A stretch of DNA of 61,661 bases, the filler included, from Anaerolineae bacterium (lineage in GTDB: Bacteria; Chloroflexota; Anaerolineae; Epilineales; Epilineaceae): assembly GCA_029262755.1 (NCBI GenBank). It is 4 parts of 4 records of this genome, joined end to end, with 100 filler letters (N's around TTAATTAATTAA, not from the genome) between each part and the next. Parts side by side here need not be neighbours in the genome. Positions count along the whole stretch, not along the records: positions 44,347 to 61,661 come from JAJCYU010000388.1; 3 more parts are not named here. One strand, written 5' to 3'. The notes below the pieces were generated by a model. It had not been told where the DNA came from. It was given only the letters and a program-made list of their open reading frames with translations, and made no database searches. The position numbers and the translations under genes were made by a program. This document shows positions 57,287-61,661 of this stretch, piece by piece; the stretch's first letter is position 1; each line of letters opens with the position of its first letter.

Positions 57287-59614
57287 ATGCGAGCCTTCGC
57301 CCCCTGCATTCTCCTCGCAACCCTCGTCACAGCCGCCTGGTCGCTGACATCCTCGACTCTTGCAGGTTCGCGTTCCCAGCCCTTCGAACCGCCCTCGCTC
57401 CAAGCTGCCCAACCCGCCCAACGCGCCGGCGCCGCTTCACTCGAACGGGTCGCGCAGCATGGCGGCTACGTGGAAGGGCTCGCCGTCGAGGGCGACCATA
57501 TCTACGCCGCGGTCGGCGCCCGCCTGCTCGTGCTCGACGCGGACTTCGCGGAGGGTGCGCTACCGCTGGCCACGGTAATGCTCGACGTTGAACAAATCTA
57601 TCACGTCGCCGGCACGGGCGACGGCCGGCTCGTTGTGTACGCGCAGACAGATGCTGAGGTGTCGGCCCTGCTCGTGCTCGACCTAGAGGATCCGCTGGCA
57701 CCGCACGAAGTCTCGCGGTGGCGTCAGGAGGGAGGAGGGCCCATCGCCTTCCGAGACGGCTCGCGTCTGATTGCCCGTCCAGGCCAAGTATGGTTGGCGA
57801 GCTTCGACGGCGTCCGTGCCTTCGACCTCGAATCAGAGGGAGGAATACGGGTCGCATCACGCTGGAAATTTCCGTTGGATGGGCGATTCGTGAGGGCCAA
57901 CTGGCACTCGGTCGGACTGATCGGGGATCGCCTGATTGGGGCCACGAACCAGGTAGACTTGGGAACGCCAGGGCCGCCGCCGACACCTTGCCCAGGCGGA
58001 GGGAGCAATCCGGCCTGTCCGACACCACGTGTCAAGCCGCTTGCGCGGCAGAGGCTGTGGACTCTCGACGCGCGGTCGGGGGTGCCGCTTACACAAGTCG
58101 GCCAGGCCCCCATCGACCTCATCGGAGACGACATTCCCGTATATGTCGGAGATCGCTGGGTGGCGACAACCGTTGGAGAGACGGGAACAGTCGAACTATG
58201 GACGATCACCGAGGGTACCCTCGCGCGCGAGAAGGTACTGTCGAAAGAATGGTTGCGGGAGGCCGGAATCACGCGCGTGGCCGGGCTGAGCCTGGCCACG
58301 TCCGGAGATCTACTCTGGCTTGGCAATAGCAGACAGCTGCATGCCGTGGATCTGGGGCGGCCACAGCCGCAACATCTGGGCGTGATCACGGGGCCGAATC
58401 TGGGCACGTCGCAGTACGTGCGGCCTGCGCGGGCGCGACTCTTTCCCGTGCCCCAGGGTGATCTTCTTCTGGCAGGGGCGGGCGTACGGCGTGTACCTCG
58501 CGACCACCTGGGTCGACCGCTTCCTGTACTGGAAGCCACTACGGCAACGGACCACGCGCTACGGGTCGCCGCCGACCCGGATGGGGCGTGGGCCGTATTG
58601 GGTCCAGGACACGACGATCTCTCAAGACTGTGGCGCATTCCGGAGGAAGGCGCAGCACGATTCGTCACGAGATCCCTGCACTCCGCCATGGCGTTCCAAG
58701 GAGAGCGCCTGGTCGTTGCCAATACCGATGGGCTTCGAGCGTGGCGGGAGGTGGACGCCAGTCGCCCGTTTCAGACTTCATCGATCGAGCTCGATTCAAG
58801 CGCCCCCGCCAGATTCGATCGGCTCGTCGCAGGCGCACCGGAAGACGGACTTCTGGCACGCGAGGAAGGTTGGGGCAATCTATGGCATTGGCTCGCGCCC
58901 GACGGTGTAAGGCGGCGTGTCGGGTTCGGTAGCATGCTTACGTTGAGCGCCAATCACCCCGTGCTGGCTGAGGGAGTTCCATGGATCCTGCGCTCCGAAG
59001 CGGCCGGTAGCATAACGATCGTCGCCGGCGAAGTCGATGGCAACGTCCTTCAGCCGCGTCCGCCGGGGATGGTGTTGCCCCCGTCGGCCCTCGCGTGGGC
59101 AGGGCATGAAAAACGGATTGTCGTCCTCCACGATATGGCCCTTCGTGCCGGCACGATGCGGCTCGTGGTAATCGGGTGGGACGATCCCGCCCGCCCACGA
59201 TTGCTCGGGGAGATTACCGTTTCCGACGACCCCTTGCGGAGCGGCACCGGATCCGTCGTGTTGGACGACTCGATCGCTTGGGTGGCGCTTCAAGAGGTTG
59301 GCGGCGTTGTGGTGTCCGCAATCGACCTAACCTTGCCCAGCTTCCCGGAAGTAATCGCCCATCGAGACCTTTCCGGCGCAACGTTGCGCCAAGGCGGGCC
59401 CGTCTTTGCTGCCCGCGGCGAAACGGCATGGGTAGGCGACGACCTCACCGGCGCAATCCACCAGCTCCGCCTACAACGCCCCGCAACCCCCTCGGCCCCA
59501 ACCCGCCCCCCACCCACGGCCACACGAACGACCCTTCCGAGCGCGACCCCGACCCCGACGGCCGAGCCGACGCCCACACCACCGTTCATCGCGCTCCCGT
59601 GGGCGGCGCGCTAA
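57287..59614 (+). CDS. Secreted divergent beta-propeller (LVIVD-like) protein with Pro/Thr linker and IALPWAAR tail
   Basis: Signal peptide; 'YAAVGARLLVLD', 'LLVLDLEDPLAPHEV', 'DDPARPRLLG'; GGAGG RBS. Confidence 0.8.
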   Translation: MRAFAPCILLATLVTAAWSLTSSTLAGSRSQPFEPPSLQAAQPAQRAGAASLERVAQHGGYVEGLAVEGDHIYAAVGARLLVLDADFAEGALPLATVMLDVEQIYHVAGTGDGRLVVYAQTDAEVSALLVLDLEDPLAPHEVSRWRQEGGGPIAFRDGSRLIARPGQVWLASFDGVRAFDLESEGGIRVASRWKFPLDGRFVRANWHSVGLIGDRLIGATNQVDLGTPGPPPTPCPGGGSNPACPTPRVKPLARQRLWTLDARSGVPLTQVGQAPIDLIGDDIPVYVGDRWVATTVGETGTVELWTITEGTLAREKVLSKEWLREAGITRVAGLSLATSGDLLWLGNSRQLHAVDLGRPQPQHLGVITGPNLGTSQYVRPARARLFPVPQGDLLLAGAGVRRVPRDHLGRPLPVLEATTATDHALRVAADPDGAWAVLGPGHDDLSRLWRIPEEGAARFVTRSLHSAMAFQGERLVVANTDGLRAWREVDASRPFQTSSIELDSSAPARFDRLVAGAPEDGLLAREEGWGNLWHWLAPDGVRRRVGFGSMLTLSANHPVLAEGVPWILRSEAAGSITIVAGEVDGNVLQPRPPGMVLPPSALAWAGHEKRIVVLHDMALRAGTMRLVVIGWDDPARPRLLGEITVSDDPLRSGTGSVVLDDSIAWVALQEVGGVVVSAIDLTLPSFPEVIAHRDLSGATLRQGGPVFAARGETAWVGDDLTGAIHQLRLQRPATPSAPTRPPPTATRTTLPSATPTPTAEPTPTPPFIALPWAAR

Positions 59615-59657
59615 GCGAGCGCGCACTGTCGAACCTCCACCGAACCCTCGTTCGACC

Positions 59658-61661
59658 CTAACCGCTACCCCAACCTACACCCCACCCACCATCCAGCACC
59701 AAGCGCAACCCCGTGTTGCGCGACGTCGATAGGCCGTACGCTGCGTTGCGGCGGAACGCGAACGTCTCTGCGGCCGACGTGGAGTACGCGCCGCCGCGCT
59801 CGACGAAACATTCGGCTTCACCGGGGTCGGCCATCTCCCGTCCGTCGCCGGGATCATAGGGGTAGGGGAAGTCGGTTTCCGCGAGGTTCGAGCCCCACCG
59901 TGAGACGGATGCGTTGAGGACGTTGCCCATGAGATCGGCGATGCCCTCGGGGGTATCGGACTCTGGGAATACGCCGATGGGGGTCGGGCCGCCGGTCCGG
60001 AGCTCGATCGAGTTGCACACGAGCGCGTGCGGGATCGCGTCGCCGCACGCGTAGCGGCGTCCTTCGAGGCCGCGGGTGGCCGCTTCCAGCTCAACCTCGC
60101 TTGGAACACGGTATGCGCGACCGCTGTTGGCGGACAACCACGCCGCGTAAGCCCGCGCCTCGATCAGGCTAATGCCGACCACGGGCTGGCTCGGATGCCG
60201 GAGGAGCGGCTGGTCCCAGAAGCGGGGCGCCTCGAAGGCCTTCGAGGGAAACCGTTCCGCGAGCTGCTCGGCAAGCGCATCCGGCTCCAACGTGAGAAAG
60301 TGCGCCATCCGATCGCAGACGGCTTCGGGCCACGAACCGGAGTCGCGCAGTTCGGCGAGGAGATGCTCGTCGACCCGGAAGCGCTCGAGCCAGAAGTACA
60401 CCGTCATTTTGTCCGGCAGCGACGTGTTCTCGCCGCGGATCCACCGCTTGGCCGTCTCCGAGCGCCACCACCGCGGATCCTGATATCCGCCCGCGGCCAT
60501 GAACAGCGCCCACTCTGCGTTGGTCACGTGGAATTGGCCGATCGCGAACGCGTCCAGCTGCACGGGATGCGCCGGGCAATGCACGCGCACCTCCATATCG
60601 TGAAAGCGCAGCGGGTCGTCGTCGCCGATCATGTACGTACCGCCGGGTAACGCGATCACCGGCGGCAGCAGGCACGATCCGAGCGGGCCCTCATGGCGCT
60701 CGAAGCGCGGATCGCCCAACCGTGCGAGCGTCCTGCCGGCCGCGATGCGCTCGCGCGCGTCGGCCGCCGGATCGCGCGAGCGTTCGACGAGCGCCCATCG
60801 CAGTCGGTCGCGTAACGACTCCGCCGTCTCGCACGCGAGCGCGGCGCGCGCGGCAAGCACCAGGTTCGGCTCCATCAAGGCTTCAACAAAGGCATCCGGG
60901 GACGGCGCCATCTGCGCCGCGAGCAACGTGGTCTCCTCCCATCCGGTGGCGGGCAGACCGGGCAGCGACTCCGCCGGCGGGAGCGCGGCCACGGTGGTCG
61001 CTAGATCGATCTCGACCTCGTCAGCGCGCCACGGTCGCGCGACTCGCTCGAAACGTGGCGCTTTGCCCATCGAACGTGCCGCGAAGTACTCCTGGAAGCG
61101 TTGATGCGCGAAGAAGACGGCCTCGCCCTGCTCGTCCTCGTCGAGCACGCCGAGCGCGGTGCCGGCGTCGAGGATCGCTTCCGCATGGCCGGCGCCATCG
61201 ACATCCGCCGACAAGATCGCGATAGCTTCGTCGTACGACACCCGAACCTGCGCCATCTCCCCCACCGTCATGCGCGATTGCATCCCGGACGCCAAGTGCT
61301 CGAGGCTCCGGATCAAGGCCCCGCCATCGGGCAGAGCGTGCGGTCGCCGCCGTCCCCGTCGCTGGAGCAACCCGCGCCGATCGCGCGTGGTGAGCAACGC
61401 GCTGGGCTGCAGGGCCGGATGCCCGCGCTCGATCTCGCGCAGGAGCGCCCGGCGCACGAAGCCGCCGAAGAGCGCGGCCTCGCCCGCCGGTAGACCGCCT
61501 TCCGCGGCGGCCTGCTCGATCAGCAGCCGCAGCAGAAAGGGTGTGCGCACCAGCTCGCGCAACGCAGAATCGCGCTGCTCGAGCGCCTGCCAGATCGCAT
61601 CGGCCTGCGCGGGGAGATGGACGTGCAAGAAGCGTCGAACCAGCTCGTCGCCGAGCGCCTC
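59658..61661 (-). CDS. NACHT/STAND NTPase C-terminal part fused to FGE-sulfatase (SUMF1/C-type-lectin fold) domain; 5' part outside window
   Basis: 'TPFLLRLL', 'FFAHQRFQEYFAA', 'GWEET', 'LGDPRF', 'VTNAE...F', 'QPVVGIS..EA.AY..WL', 'DLMGNV', 'RGG.Y...GLRLV'. Confidence 0.9.
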   Translation of the reverse strand, partial: EALGDELVRRFLHVHLPAQADAIWQALEQRDSALRELVRTPFLLRLLIEQAAAEGGLPAGEAALFGGFVRRALLREIERGHPALQPSALLTTRDRRGLLQRRGRRRPHALPDGGALIRSLEHLASGMQSRMTVGEMAQVRVSYDEAIAILSADVDGAGHAEAILDAGTALGVLDEDEQGEAVFFAHQRFQEYFAARSMGKAPRFERVARPWRADEVEIDLATTVAALPPAESLPGLPATGWEETTLLAAQMAPSPDAFVEALMEPNLVLAARAALACETAESLRDRLRWALVERSRDPAADARERIAAGRTLARLGDPRFERHEGPLGSCLLPPVIALPGGTYMIGDDDPLRFHDMEVRVHCPAHPVQLDAFAIGQFHVTNAEWALFMAAGGYQDPRWWRSETAKRWIRGENTSLPDKMTVYFWLERFRVDEHLLAELRDSGSWPEAVCDRMAHFLTLEPDALAEQLAERFPSKAFEAPRFWDQPLLRHPSQPVVGISLIEARAYAAWLSANSGRAYRVPSEVELEAATRGLEGRRYACGDAIPHALVCNSIELRTGGPTPIGVFPESDTPEGIADLMGNVLNASVSRWGSNLAETDFPYPYDPGDGREMADPGEAECFVERGGAYSTSAAETFAFRRNAAYGLSTSRNTGLRLVLDGGWGVGWGSG

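Noticed and set aside
54306..61661. Defence island (BTAD, EEP nuclease, NACHT)
   Set aside because: Genes are separated by long gaps and mixed orientation with no recognised defence operon; insufficient evidence.

Overview
High-GC bacterial DNA, most likely a Chloroflexota (Anaerolineae-like) metagenome-assembled genome. This is inferred from the DUF11 giant proteins, Pro/Thr-linker secreted proteins with 'YLP'-type tails, and the BTAD and NACHT-FGE proteins. The window is four contigs joined by artificial 100-nt N44-TTAATTAATTAA-N44 linkers (contigs 1-16132, 16233-37341, 37442-44246, 44347-61661), so adjacency across linkers is not biological. Content is mostly cell-surface and envelope genes: two giant DUF11 proteins, a polysaccharide mini-cluster, a DUF1800/DUF1501 pair, PA14, vWA and propeller proteins, and lipoproteins. 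Housekeeping and regulatory genes include MscS-cNMP, OsmC, a DEAD-box helicase, XRE, LuxR, BTAD, an EEP nuclease and NACHT-FGE. No rRNA, tRNA, CRISPR or transposase was seen. Most notable unexplained signals: (1) three arrays of a (GCT)GAC motif phased at exactly 11 bp (5-7 copies), two of them conserved upstream of a duplicated unknown secreted gene; (2) a recurrent hydrophobic-hydrophobic-Pro-hydrophobic tag after Pro/Thr linkers on five exported proteins, which also opens each repeat of the giant protein's C-terminal domain and may be a surface-sorting or docking system; (3) a 40-bp palindrome with a perfect CRP box at about -41.5 upstream of a stand-alone BTAD regulator; (4) a 160-bp MITE with a TTA target duplication. 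All family assignments are from motif recognition, not database searches.
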